Source of the DNA: Mobula hypostoma
Taxonomy: Eukaryota
Reading direction: 5' to 3'
Length of the DNA: 64,000 nt
Assembly (NCBI RefSeq): GCF_963921235.1
Contig: NC_086128.1
Coordinates: 42,346,001-42,410,000, forward strand
Shown here: in pieces, positions 25,765-37,901 of the stretch
Position numbering within the stretch: the first letter of the stretch is position 1
How the letters are laid out: each line of letters begins with the position of its first letter
The notes under the pieces: model-generated
What the model was told of the DNA's origin: nothing
Seen by the model: only the letters and a program-made list of their open reading frames with translations
The model's database searches: none
Made by a program: the position numbers and the translations under genes

Positions 25765-28245
25765 CTGAAAAATAATAATGTCTTAATTTATCTCAATGGA
25801 AGTGGCCAGAAGAGTCCTACAATGTTTCAAACTTCCATGTACTGTGCCTTTTAAAAATAAATCAGTTTTTAGCACTTTGCAGTTTCAGTTATCTTTAATA
25901 TCTTTATAGACTTTTCATATTAAAAAGTCAGCTGATTCGAATAACTATTTTCATGGTAAATTATCATGGTAAATTCCAAAGTGAAAAATAAACAGCATAT
26001 TTAATTCACTGTATTTCTTGTTAAAGATGTAGAGTTTAAGTTATGGTACCCTACATTGTTAAATATTTTCAGATTATTAAAGAGGAAGAGGAAGGTGAAT
26101 AGATCGCACATTTTTTCCAGTTCTGACAAACAGTCTCAGACCCGAAATGTTAACCGTTTCTCTTTGTACTTTGTTTTTATTTCTGATTTCCAGCTCCTGC
26201 AGTATTTTAATTTTCACATGACTTTTAATTGTGGCTAAAAAGCTGACAAAGAAATGGAGATTCAATTGAACATTCTATGCATTTAGCAAAATTATGAGAA
26301 ACGGTGGCTCTTCCCATTAAATCAAAATTATCTCTCTTTACCACCTCCTCCCTCCCCTAGTTTTTTTTTAAAAAAGACTTAACCAATCAATTTAAAGTGT
26401 GAAGATAAGGTCAAAAACATTGCCAGATTTCAATGATGGAATTGACTCATGATGAATTGAACTCCAATAAACTGGATTGTACTGAGAGCTACCTGGAAAA
26501 TCAGTGCCTGGCTAAAATGTATGCGTCAACATACTCCAAATTTCCAAGGCACAGAACATGTGGGTGCATTAGACACCTCACTAAAAAGTGAAGATAAGTT
26601 TTCAACTATTTTAATTATCTTGAGTGAACTTACATATTTAATGTGGTTTTATGCAAATTCATTAATAATTTTATTCACCATTTAAAATTATTTACATATT
26701 TTATTTTGCTGTTTCCAATCACCAGATTCATTCAGAAACTAACAAAGACCTTTAGTAGCATGTGCTAACACAAAGCCATTAGGGTGGTCTGCAAGCAAGG
26801 CCTTATTTTAAATTACCTGTGGCCTAGTCACTGCTGACAGATTGTTCTATTTTATCGATTGGTTGTGGCACTGGGTGGACATTGGAGGCTCTGTGACCTT
26901 GGGACTACCTAAGAGTAGTCAACATAAGACAAGGTTCACATCCAGCACAATCCAGGCCAAAAATGATGAAGCATGCAGCAGTTAAAAACTGCCAAAGTAG
27001 CTATCAGCATTTCTGCAGTCTATGTCATTGTCGTAAGTAGCCAGTTTGGATACTGAAAATGAAAATCTTGTAACTTGAACAACTTTAACTAACTTGACGT
27101 TTGGAGAAAGCTTGATTCAAAATACCAATCAAGCTACAATCTAAAACAGTTTCCAAATTCATACAACACTGCTTATGGTAAAAATCTCTTCCCTCAAAAT
27201 CACTTCTCTCGTCAGCGTGTACTGACAGAAGTGGGCTGGAACATCAAAAGCACCATTTAAAGGGAATCACAAAGTGTCATCAATCAAATAAAACCATGAA
27301 TATAGTTAATAAGATTTACTTCCAGGTTTGCTGGTGGCTCTGCCACTTGACATTGCATTTAGACTTAAACATTACAATGTCTACTAGACGCTTCTTATGG
27401 TGTAACTTCAACATTTGCTAGAAAATCTGAACACAGAAGATTTTAAGATGCTGCCAGTGGGAATTAATGACAAGAGTTTTATGTCTGTGCTGGCAACAAA
27501 TTTACCAATTACTTCATGCTGGGAGGTTCTTCTGTCATATTAAGAACTGAAAGCCCAGTGACCAAGAGGACCAGATCATCAAAACACTCATGAACAAAAT
27601 ACAAGATCCCCACAAAAAGATTTTGTCCGAATTGGAATTTTGATTGAGTGAAAACCTGCAGAGGCCTACTAATTAGCTACAGCCAAGGATAGATGAAAAA
27701 TTTCACTGGATTAAAAACAAAGGTAAACTTTACATAAAATCAATTTAGCATCTCTTCTATTATTTAGAAATAACCATAGCAAAAAAAAAATTGGTAACAT
27801 TCAGCAGATTAAGCAGCAAGAGCAGAGGAAAAAAAAATCGAATCAATGTTTGGGTCATCGGAACTGGAAAAGTGAGAGAATATGAGGAGTTTTAACGTTG
27901 CAGAGAATGGTAAAGGTGGAGAAAGCAGAGGGAATTTCTATGAGATGTGCAGACCCAAGTTGTCAAGATAATGATTCCTTTAAAAAGCAGCAGTTACAAA
28001 GAGAGATCTTCCATCAATAGTCTTTTTTTCATCTGGTTGTACCTGCTCTTGCATTAAGCAACTTCCCCTTCAAATCAATTAGTTTCTCAAAATCAAAGTT
28101 TTAGCTATAGAATCTTGCACAGGCTCAAGCTATGCCTACCACTTTACTGAGAAACTAAGAGGTAAGCATAGCACTGGGTTAGCACTGTGGGAAATACCCA
28201 TTTTCTCATTTATTCAGACCACGTACCATAATTCTTTCCAACTAA

Positions 28246-29297
28246 TCTATATAATACTAAAACTCTCATGCTCTGTCTGTGACCTCCAATCAGCACAAAA
28301 TGCGCATACAGCGGCACTTTTTTTGGCTAAATTGAATTAAAATGCGCTAACTTACAGAATGCAGGCAAAGTTCAGGGTTATATATTCGTATAAAATTGCT
28401 CATTTGCCAAAAAATCAACAGACTGACTTTCACCCGAGAGCTGATCGGCCATTATGGAAATCGGGGCGTGACAGCCTGATGCATGTGCACGGCTAGCCTC
28501 AGCAGCGACACCTACCGGAGCAAAAGGGCAGGGTAGCTCCATTTCGAGGGGTCACATTCTGCTTATCACCATCAGCATGTGCAGGATTGGGACAGATCTA
28601 ACTGCCACCCATCAATAAGAGGTAATTACATCTTATTGTAATGACGTACTTTGAGACACTCATAAAACCCTTTGCTGAAGGACAGCGGTGACTATATCAC
28701 GTCCATTTAGGAGAGCGCCAACCACATCAAGAATAATTAGCATCCTTTGGTGTTAGTGCTTCGTATCTTCTATCCAGCATTAGGGTAAAAAAAAAATGGT
28801 CAGCCTAATTATGCCGTGTGGAAAGGGAAGGGAGACATTACGGTCAAGAGATGACACCAAACGTCGGTGGGAAGCAGCAAGGCGAGGGAGAGAACAAGAA
28901 TTGGATGAGGCCAGGGACTCCAGGATCAAAGAGTCAGGACAAAATAAGACGAGAGAAGAGGAGAGGTATGGACGTCTCCAGGATCAGAGACAAAGAATAA
29001 ACAGAAGAGATGAAGAGACGGGATGAAAGGACTGCACGTCTCCAGAATGACAATGAGAGGCGCAAGGGTGGCAGGTAAACCAGAAATGATGCCATTAAAA
29101 GTGTCCTTCGTTAAATGAGGAGCTATATTTGCTTTGCTACGCATCGTTCTTCTTTAATAAACTGAGGTTTTCTACTTCAGTTTCCAAAGCAAAGCGATAT
29201 CAATAGCATTCAGGAAAATTTAATGTTCATTCTGGTCACCTCAGACTGCACTATCCTTCTCTCAAAGTGTGCCCCAACGGGTCACCCCGTTGTCTAG
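28246..29297 (+). mobile_element. Non-autonomous Helitron
   Basis: Inserted in an A|T dinucleotide, 5' TCTATATAATACTAAAA, 3' GC-rich hairpin (~29268-29292) then CTAG, no TSD. Confidence 0.8.
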
Positions 29298-29641
29298 TAT
29301 TAAATATAACCTTTTTAGCTCCTGCTGCAATTGTGACTACAACAACTTTCAGTACATTTCCTTGTAAAAACTTTATTCCATTCTTTTAACTTTGTTATCT
29401 CTGTTGTACATGCTCTGACTCTGAGACTTTCCATATGAGTGCCTTAAGGCTGTCTTTCTTTTCTTTAACCACAACTTTTCCCCTCCTTGAAACTCAAGAC
29501 TTCTGAACTGCTTCTCTACTTCTCACACTGCTGCTCCCAGCCAGCACAAGGATGAGATTCCTCCTGCCCCACCTTCAATGCTACCAGCCTCTATATTGAA
29601 CAGATCATCCTCTGCCTACTTTAGTCAGATTCAACCAGATA

Positions 29642-30056
29642 CAGTACTGAGCAAAAGTCTTAGGCACTCCAGATTTTTATATGGTTTCAGATGGTATGGC
29701 CTCCACAGAGCCCTGATCTCAACAGCATTGAGGCTGTCTGGGATTAGCTGGGGAGACCGAAACAAGCGAGACAGCCAAAGTCTGCAGAAGAACTGTGGGA
29801 AGTTCTCCAAGATGCTTGGAACAACATATCAGCTGAATTTCTTATACAACTGCACGACAATGTACCAAAGAAAACAGATGCAGTTTCAAAGGCAAAGGGT
29901 GGTCACACCAAATATTGATTTGCTTTAGTATTTTACTGTTTACTGCCCTTTATGGTAATTTTTTTGATACTTAGAAACATTTCACGTAATTTTTTTAAAG
30001 CATCTTTGCTTTAAAGATTTTTTTTAACATATGCCTACAACTTTTGCACAGGACTG
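29642..30056 (+). mobile_element. Internally deleted Tc1-like transposon
   Basis: TA TSDs on both sides, ~26-bp TIRs CAGTACTG.GCAAAAGT..TAGGCA, C-terminal transposase relic WPPQSPDLNSIEAVWD..KGGHTKY*. Confidence 0.88.
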
Positions 30057-30384
30057 TATCTTCTCATTTTTCTCTTCAGTATCCTGAAGGACCATTCCCT
30101 CCATAACTACACCTGGATCACTCTTCACTTCCACCAAGAATTCCCTTTCCCATGGAAGTATGGAACAATGACAAACCTGCTGTTTTATCACTTTCCTTCC
30201 CAGCATACAGAGACCCAAAAAGTCCTTCCTTGTGAAGCAGCTATTAGCTTGCACGTCCCCTCTTCTTTGACAAAATACAGATTTAGTGACAGTTTTGCAG
30301 AAAATCTCCATTCAGTTTACAAGGGGTATCCTGAGTTTCTAGCTGCCTATCAGTTAAATTCTCCATCCCACTCCGCCCCTTTAT

Positions 30385-31320
30385 TATTCCTTATTTATAT
30401 AAATTGATTTGAAGGCAAAAGCGCAAGGTTTGATCAATAAGTTTGTGGATGACATGAACTTAGGTGCTGTTAATAGTGAAGAAGGTTATTATGGATTAAA
30501 GGTGACCTGGGTCAGTTAGGGAAGTGGGTTGAGGAGTTGCAAGTGCATTTCAATACAGTTAAATGTGAAGTGATGCATTTTGGAAAGTTAAACCAGCATA
30601 GGATTTACCTTATTAATGGAAAGGTGCTAGGGAGTGTAATGGAACAGAGGGACTTAAGAGTACAAGTACACAGCTTGTTGAAAATGGTACCATAGGTAGA
30701 CAGTGTGGTGAAAAAGGAATTTAGTACCCTGGCCTTCATCAATCAGGGCATTAAGTATAGGAGTAGGGGCATTATGTCGCAATTGTATAAGTGAGGCCAC
30801 ACTTGGAGTGCTGTGGACAGTTCTGGTCATCCAGTTATAGGAAAGATGTATTTAAGTTGGAAAGAGTGCATAAAAGATTTATGCAGATGTTGCCAGAGTA
30901 GAGGGCTAAAGTTACAGGGAGAGCTTGGTCAGGCCAAATTTTTATTTCTTGAAGTGTAGGAGAATGAGGGGACCTTATAGAAACTTTTAACATTATGAGA
31001 GGTATAGATAATGTGGATGGTAAGTCTTTTCTCCAGGGTAGGGAAGTGCAAAACTAGCTGACATGCAGAACTAGAGGGATTAGATGACAGCGCGAGAGGA
31101 AAGATTTAAAAGGGAGCTGAGGGACAACGTTTTCATGCAGAGAGTGGCAGGTATATGGAACAAGCTGCCAGAAGAAGTGGTTGAGGAAGGTACAATAGTA
31201 TCATTTAAGCAGCACTTGGTAAGTGGGGTTTGGGGCTGACAGGGGCATGGAGGGAATGCAGGAAATTGGAACGAGCTGGGTGGGGCACAGATTCTTGGGC
31301 CGTGCTTTATTAATCTATGA
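30385..31320 (+). mobile_element. CR1 LINE 3' ~0.9 kb
   Basis: KFVDD..KCEVMHFG..RPHLECCGQFW..QRVAGIWNKLPEEVVE relics. Confidence 0.8.
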
Positions 31321-31404
31321 CTCTTGTATTGCTCCAACAATGCCCAATACAAGTGCAAAGAACAACACCTCAGTCTATGCTCTGGGCATGTTGTAGCTCT
31401 TGAG

Positions 31405-31662
31405 ATTTATTTTATTTACTTATCTACTTAGGGATACTGCGCGGAGTAGGCCCTCCGGCCCATGCAACCCCCGACAACCCAATTAATCTTAATAGAATTC
31501 AGGGATTAATCTAACCGGTACATGTTTGGGCTGTGGAAGGAAACTGGAGCACTTGAGGAAAACTTATGCATTCCACAGGGATGACACACAGAGGCTACTT
31601 ACAGACAGTGTTGTAATTAAACTCTGACACCCAGAATGGTTATAGCATCGTGCTAACCGCTA
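31405..31662 (-). mobile_element. tRNA-derived SINE
   Basis: Same family as 20323-20570 and 50786-51072. Confidence 0.6.
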
Positions 31663-31827
31663 TTTTTTCACTTTGAAGGATCCTTGACCCAAAAATGAAA
31701 CTTCAAGTGTTTCTGTCCCCACTGCTGCTGCTCAACCTCATGAGTGCTTCCATCATTTTTTGTTTTTATCTTGCTTTGCAGCTTTTGCTCCGATTCTTAT
31801 TCATTAGGCAAGAGATGAAATAATTAC

Positions 31828-31981
31828 CTGGCCTCTGGTTCAGAACTGCTCTGCTCGGTGTCTACTGTCAGAGAGGCTAATGCTGTAACAGTTGCTGCTT
31901 CTTCTTTCTCGTGCTTTTGGGCCTCCAGTAGGGAGTAACTCACTGTGGAAGCAAAACGCTTCACCGAACTCCAGTGTTTGC
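31828..31981 (-). CDS. HDAC5: HDAC exon (KHWSSVKRFASTVSYSLLEAQKHEKEEAATVTALASLTVDTEQSSSEPEA-R) including the C-terminal NES-like segment
   Basis: 154 nt, ttcAG / GTaat; EEAxTVTAxASLxV class IIa export motif. Confidence 0.93.
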
Positions 31982-32832
31982 CTGAAAGTCAAATTATCAA
32001 TGCTTGGAAAATTTGTCAAGTTTTCTCATTAATGGGACATAAACAACTGCAGCTCATGTATATAGTGCAACTATTGTGCATATGGTGTACCTATCATTGC
32101 TGCAAAAAGATACAAGACTATATATGCAGTCAGTATTCAAGAAATTTCCTTTCTTCAATCAAGGCAGAGGAGTTTGAGATAAAGCACAGAATCATAATCT
32201 CACTGCACATTCTGGAAAGGATAATTTCCCATTGGCAATCTTATTCTAAAGATGCCCAAATTGGGGAATCCATCCAATGAGCATACATTCGGATCGAACA
32301 GTAATCTTCTGGTCTTTGTTTATTTTAATACAGACTTTACCAAGCAATCACTGGGAGAAGGTTGTGTCATTTACAAAAAGTGAGTCAGGATGGCATTGGT
32401 TCTACTATTGCCAATCTATACAACTTAGGCCCATTTTATAGCTGCATTTGAATTGCTTCAGATGGAGGCAGTTTTACAAATGTCAGGGGACTGTTCTGTT
32501 TATAATGCAGTGTAGATTTCAGAGCACTTTTGGCAACACAGCAATGGCTGCCCCTTTGAGGCTATTGATCAATTGCAAACATGGAAGGACAACCTAATTT
32601 GTGGCTCTTGATGTTTACGGAAATAAATGATTTATGGAGCTCTGTAATGTAAGAACATTCATATGGCATACTGTGCCCTCAGAATTAATGGCAGTTTTAT
32701 GTTTGCGTGGCTGATAGCTTATATGTGCATGGTTGCTCTGAAGCTACAAGGAAAACATTTTCGAGGCACCATCATCGGATCAATTTTATTACAATGTTGC
32801 TACCAAGCCACTGTTGTGGTGAAGAGGAAGTA

Positions 32833-33741
32833 CAGTCGGCCCTCCTTTTCCACGAGGGATTGGTTCTGGGACCCCTCGCGGGTACCAAAAAACACGGATG
32901 CTCAAGTCCCTTATTCAACCAGTCTCAATGCGGTGGACCTTTAGGACCCAGCGGAACCCCAGACCTTATTTAACCCCTCTCAGTATGGTGGACACTAGGA
33001 CCCGGCAGCGGAGCTCTGAATCTGCAGTGTTTCAGTTCACGAAAATAATCACCATCACGATTTAAAATAAAGTGGAAATAATAAAGTGATCGGAAAGAGG
33101 TGAAACGCCATCGGTCATTGGAAAAGTGTTAGGTTACAGTCGGTCAACAATTGGAACAATTTTAAAGGATAAAGTGAGATAGGCCCTGCCCCGATGAAAG
33201 CTACAATTATTACTAAGCAACACAGTTGTTTCATTATTGGGTTTTGGGTTCTTGATCCTCTACATCAACCCGGCATGGATGGAGAGCACGCTCGGGAGTG
33301 ATCTGTCACTGGATCAAACTCGGGAATTTCAGTTCCCGAGCCTGGCGCTGAAACATATGTTTCTTAAGTGTTTTATATGCATAGAAAGGTAAAATTTATA
33401 CTATATACTAAGACAAATGTTTGACTAACTGATGCTAAATAATACCGGATGTACCTGTTCTGACTTACTTAGTAAGAGAACTTCCAGTTTTTTTCCGATC
33501 NNNNNNNNNNNNNNNNNNNNNNNNNNNNNNNNNNNNNNNNNNNNNNNNNNNNNNNNNNNNNNNNNNNNNNNNNNNNNNNNNNNNNNNNNNNNNNNNNNNN
33601 NNNNNNNNNNNNNNNNNNNNNNNNNNNNNNNNNNNNNNNNNNNNNNNNNNNNNNNNNNNNNNNNNNNGGAAGAGCACTTCTGGGTTTTCTCGGTTGGTTG
33701 AATTTGCGCATGCGGAATTTGTAGATAAGGAGGGCCGACTG
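32833..33741 (+). mobile_element. Tigger/pogo-derived (MER2-like) non-autonomous element containing the assembly gap
   Basis: TIRs CAGTCGGCCCTCCTT / AAGGAGGGCCGACTG, left TA; decayed HTH (NKVEIIK*SERGETPSVIGKVLGYSRSTIGTILKDK). Confidence 0.8.
33501..33667. other. Assembly gap (167 N)
   Basis: Run of n. Confidence 1.
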
Positions 33742-33835
33742 CATTAAGGAGCTTACTAATGTAATTTCTAACATTCCTGTCCATAAGCAGTACATCAACG
33801 AGAACATTAAGAGGTTACTTAGAGCAAAAACTTAC

Positions 33836-33920
33836 TTTGAATCTCAATCACCTTCTCTAGTGATGCTACTGCATTTGCATTGGGTTTTTGCTGAAGTATT
33901 TCTTGAGGCAGAGGATCCAG
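33836..33920 (-). CDS. HDAC5: HDAC exon ([29 protein letters not shown])
   Basis: 85 nt, accAG / GTaag; [16 protein letters not shown] matches HDAC5. Confidence 0.94.
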
Positions 33921-34297
33921 CTGGTAAGATTTATTTAAAAAAACAAGGTATAAATTTTATATATACATATATACATTAATTATTCTAGCACTGGTAGGTA
34001 ACAAGGAAGTAAAACTTACAAGGTAATTTATGTCAGAGGAAAAGGATCAAATTTCATAATTTACGGACAGCATTAAGGGGCAAAAGCCACTGCCTTCTAT
34101 TAATTGAACTTGTAAAGGACATTCAATTAGTTATAAATTACAAGCAGACATGTTTATGAAAAAGAAAAAAGTTATGGTAAAATTCAAATATTCTATGGAC
34201 TAAAAGTGATTTCAGCTGTGACTCTTCCATTTCATTTAATGTTATATTACCTTTCAAAGCGCACTGAATGCATCAATATATCAAAAAACAATTGTCA

Positions 34298-34534
<237 letters not shown>

Positions 34535-37280
34535 TTAGTTGTGAAAACATTTTGAGAAGTTATGTTATACAGAAATATTTTGATGATACATCATGAATTG
34601 ACATCATGCCCTTGAACATAATTACAATAATTAAAATATGGATCATGCTTCTTGTCCCATCTTCTGAAAACAAAAGCACATACAAAAGCCACCAAGAACA
34701 TTAGATAATGGCTTTATAAAGTAGTCCAATGAGTTAGACAGGGCTAAGTTTTGAAATTGGAAAACAGGTATAGCTGTTGCTATGTAGCATGCTTAATATT
34801 ATTGATAAGGGGAGAATCTTTAGGAAGAAGTACTTTATTCATGCTAACAAGTTATTAACCTTTATTTAATCTGATAGGAACTACAACAAAACGTAAAAGC
34901 ATTTCTGTTAGCTGTCAAATATCATCTGCAATAATTATGTTGATATATAAGGTAATTTTATTGTTAAGCTTTACAGCTGTCACATTTGTTAGATTTAATG
35001 ACCTCTCATTCATTAACAAACTCATGAAGATACTTATAAATATCAGAAAACAAATAAAATTGCAGATGCTGGAAGCTCAAACAGAAATGCTGAAAGAACT
35101 CAGCCAGTCAAGCAGCATCTATTGAAAGGGTCTTTGACTTGAAATGTTAACTGGTTTCTCTTTCCCCAGCTCTTCCAGTACTTGTTTTTGTTTGCCTACA
35201 GATATTGCCTGACTTCAATGACAGAGTTTATCACAAAATTATAGATTATTGATAGAAGTTCAATGTATTAGTTAATTATTGTAAATTAAAACTATAGAAT
35301 ACAAAAAACTACTCCTTGTTATACGGAGTTCTTCTGAATTACACATTTGAGTTCATTTCATTTCAGTCCTTGAAAGGCTAATAAGATAAACACTGAATGC
35401 AAACGTTCCATTAGGTCACAACTTCCATGGTTTTCCACTTTCACTACAATACACAATCCATAAATTTGTATGAAGGTTGAATGATAAACTGGATGACATT
35501 AAATTGCACAATGAAAACATATTTAATGGGTAAACAAACTCATGGCATTGAAGCTACTCACTATCCTGCTTGCCAAAATATCAGTAATTTTTTTTCTGCA
35601 CTTAACCTTAATAACCTCTGGTTTTAATTCCACAGTCCATGGCAAGGGACATGATATACTTCCCAAGTTGTATTTCAACTACAATTAAATATAAACAAAT
35701 TTTATCTATGTACTTCTAAAGGAACTTAATGGATATATCAAAATATTTCTATGCAATGTGACCAATATATTGGTATATTTGAATGCTTTCTTCAAACTGC
35801 TACCTTTAATCTAATTCTGGAAAATGAAAGAATTAACACAGTACAGTTCATTACATCTTATCAAATAAGCTTTTTTAACATTTTAATGAGTAATAATCAA
35901 TTTAGTGTCTAGTGTCTATTAACTTTGCTCAATAAAGGCTTATACAGTATAAAACCATTAATAGTTTTGTTTTAAAATGCGTACTTTTGCAGGAAGCTTA
36001 TTGTGTGCACATGGGAAAGACTAGTACTTTCTATATAAGTATCTCTAGGTTTATTGAAGAAGTCTCTCTACAGCTACTTTTATAGTTCAGGTAAGATCAT
36101 GAGGTGTTAATGTTAATAAACTAGCTTCTGTTTATTACACTTCTACCATGTTAAAAACCTGTATGTGAGCAAAGTGAATTGGAAACTGTGCTGTAAGTAA
36201 CAGTATCCAATTCTTGAATGCCCGTCTTGAGGATTTCAAACCAAAGATATATTACTGTAAATTTTACATTCGGTAATTTAACATTGATATTTTTCTGTTA
36301 CCTTATTAATATTTTCATCCAACTGTTATGTTACTTAAAATTTGGACAATACTTTCAAAATGTGAAAATTATCCAAATCAACATTATATGCACTTGACTC
36401 ATTATACTTCAGTTTTCCCTGTATGCAGTCACAGTCAAGAAGATGAAGGCAGAATCATTGACTTTTTTGAAAAAAGTTACTGGTAGCATATAATCATTTG
36501 CTGTCCTGGGTAATTTTGAAATAGACCTGAAAGCTCAAGGCAGGAAATTATAAGTTAGAAATATTTTTATGTAACAAAGCAAGCTTGAAATAAATAGGGT
36601 ATAAAATAACTTTTGCAGAGAATAGATTAAACTAATTTTATATTTTTAAATCTGAAAAGGTATTTTAATATTTAAAGCATTTTGTGTCTGAGATAACAAA
36701 TACTGAAGTCCAAATATATTTGATTGATTTTGAATCAAAAACTAGAATTTGAACATGGTAGATTCTTGTCATCTCAAAACAGTGATGACTGCAGTGATTA
36801 AAGCAGAAATGCTTTAAATTGTGGAGGAATCATAACAAATGCACTCATGGAAATCTCATGAGACATGCTCTCTTATCTGGGCAGCATTCTGGTATATCTC
36901 CTCTGCACCCTCTCTGAAGCTTCCACATCCTTCATATGTAACATCCTTCCTATAAAGAGGTGACCAGAACTGAACTCAATACTCTAAGTGTGGTCTAACC
37001 AGAGTTTTATAGAGCTGCAACATTATCCAGCAGCTCTTGAAATCAATCCTGACTAATGAAGTAGTCAGTGACAACAGAAAAAATACAAAAAACTCAAGAC
37101 GTCATACTGTCTAGTGCAGAATACCAATAACCCAATGACTTGGCAGATTTTTTCCCACTGACCCCAATCTAGAAATTGGTAAACTAAAGGTCTCACAAAT
37201 AATATGCTGATCTCCAAAGTAACCTCAGATTACACTAGCAACATACATCAAAGTTGCTGCAGCATCTCTAGGAAGAGGTA

Positions 37281-37318
37281 CAGTCGACGTTTCGGGCCGA
37301 GACCCTTCATCAGGACTA
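37281..37318 (-). ncRNA. Minimal type I hammerhead ribozyme motif, intact core
   Basis: UAGUC-CUGAUGA-A-GGGU(CUCG)GCCC-GAAA-CG-UC/GACUG; all core nucleotides present; palindromic ACGU stem III. Confidence 0.85.
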
Positions 37319-37613
37319 ACTGAAGGAAGAGCTAGTAAGAGATTTGAAAGTGGGAGGGGGAGGGGGAGATCCAAAATGATAGGAGAAGACAGGAGGGGGA
37401 GGGATGGAGCCAAGAGCTGGACAGGTGATTGGCAAAAGGGATATGAGAGGATCATGGGACAGGAGGCCCAGGGAGAAGGAAAAGGGGGAGGGGGGGGGAA
37501 ACCCAGAGGATGGGCAAGGGGTATAGTCAGAGGGACAGAGGGAGAAAAAGGAGAGAGAGAGAAAGAATGTGTGCATATAAATAACGGATGGGGTACGAGG
37601 GGGAGGTGGGGCA

Positions 37614-37901
37614 TTAGCGGAAGTTAGAGAAGTCAATGTTCATGCCATCAGGTTGGAGGCTACCCAGATGGAATATAAGGTGTTGTTCCTCCAACCTGAG
37701 TGTAGCTTCATCTTTACAGTAGAGGAGGCTGTGGATAGACATATGGGAATGGGATATGGAATTAAAATGTGTGGCCACTGGGAGATCCTGCTTTCTCTGG
37801 CGGACAGAGCGTAGGTGTTCAGCAAAATGATCTCCCATTCTGCGTCGGGTTTCGCCAATATATAGAAGGCCACATCGGGAGCACTGGACGCAGTATATCA
37901 C
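37614..37901 (-). pseudogene. GIY-YIG endonuclease domain remnant of the Penelope-like element
   Basis: IY..YIG motifs separated by CxxC, downstream conserved His residues and GMN, ending at a TAA stop. Confidence 0.88.

Larger units (their letters stand above)
29390..31790 (+). mobile_element. Old Penelope-like element broken up by Tc1, CR1 and SINE insertions
   Basis: Decayed segments at ~29390-29640, ~30060-30380, ~31320-31400 and ~31660-31790 resemble, in order, the RT tail, linker, endonuclease and terminus of the 37238-39145 element. Confidence 0.55.

Noticed and set aside
33425-33807. ORFs spanning poly-X
   Set aside because: Open only because of the N gap
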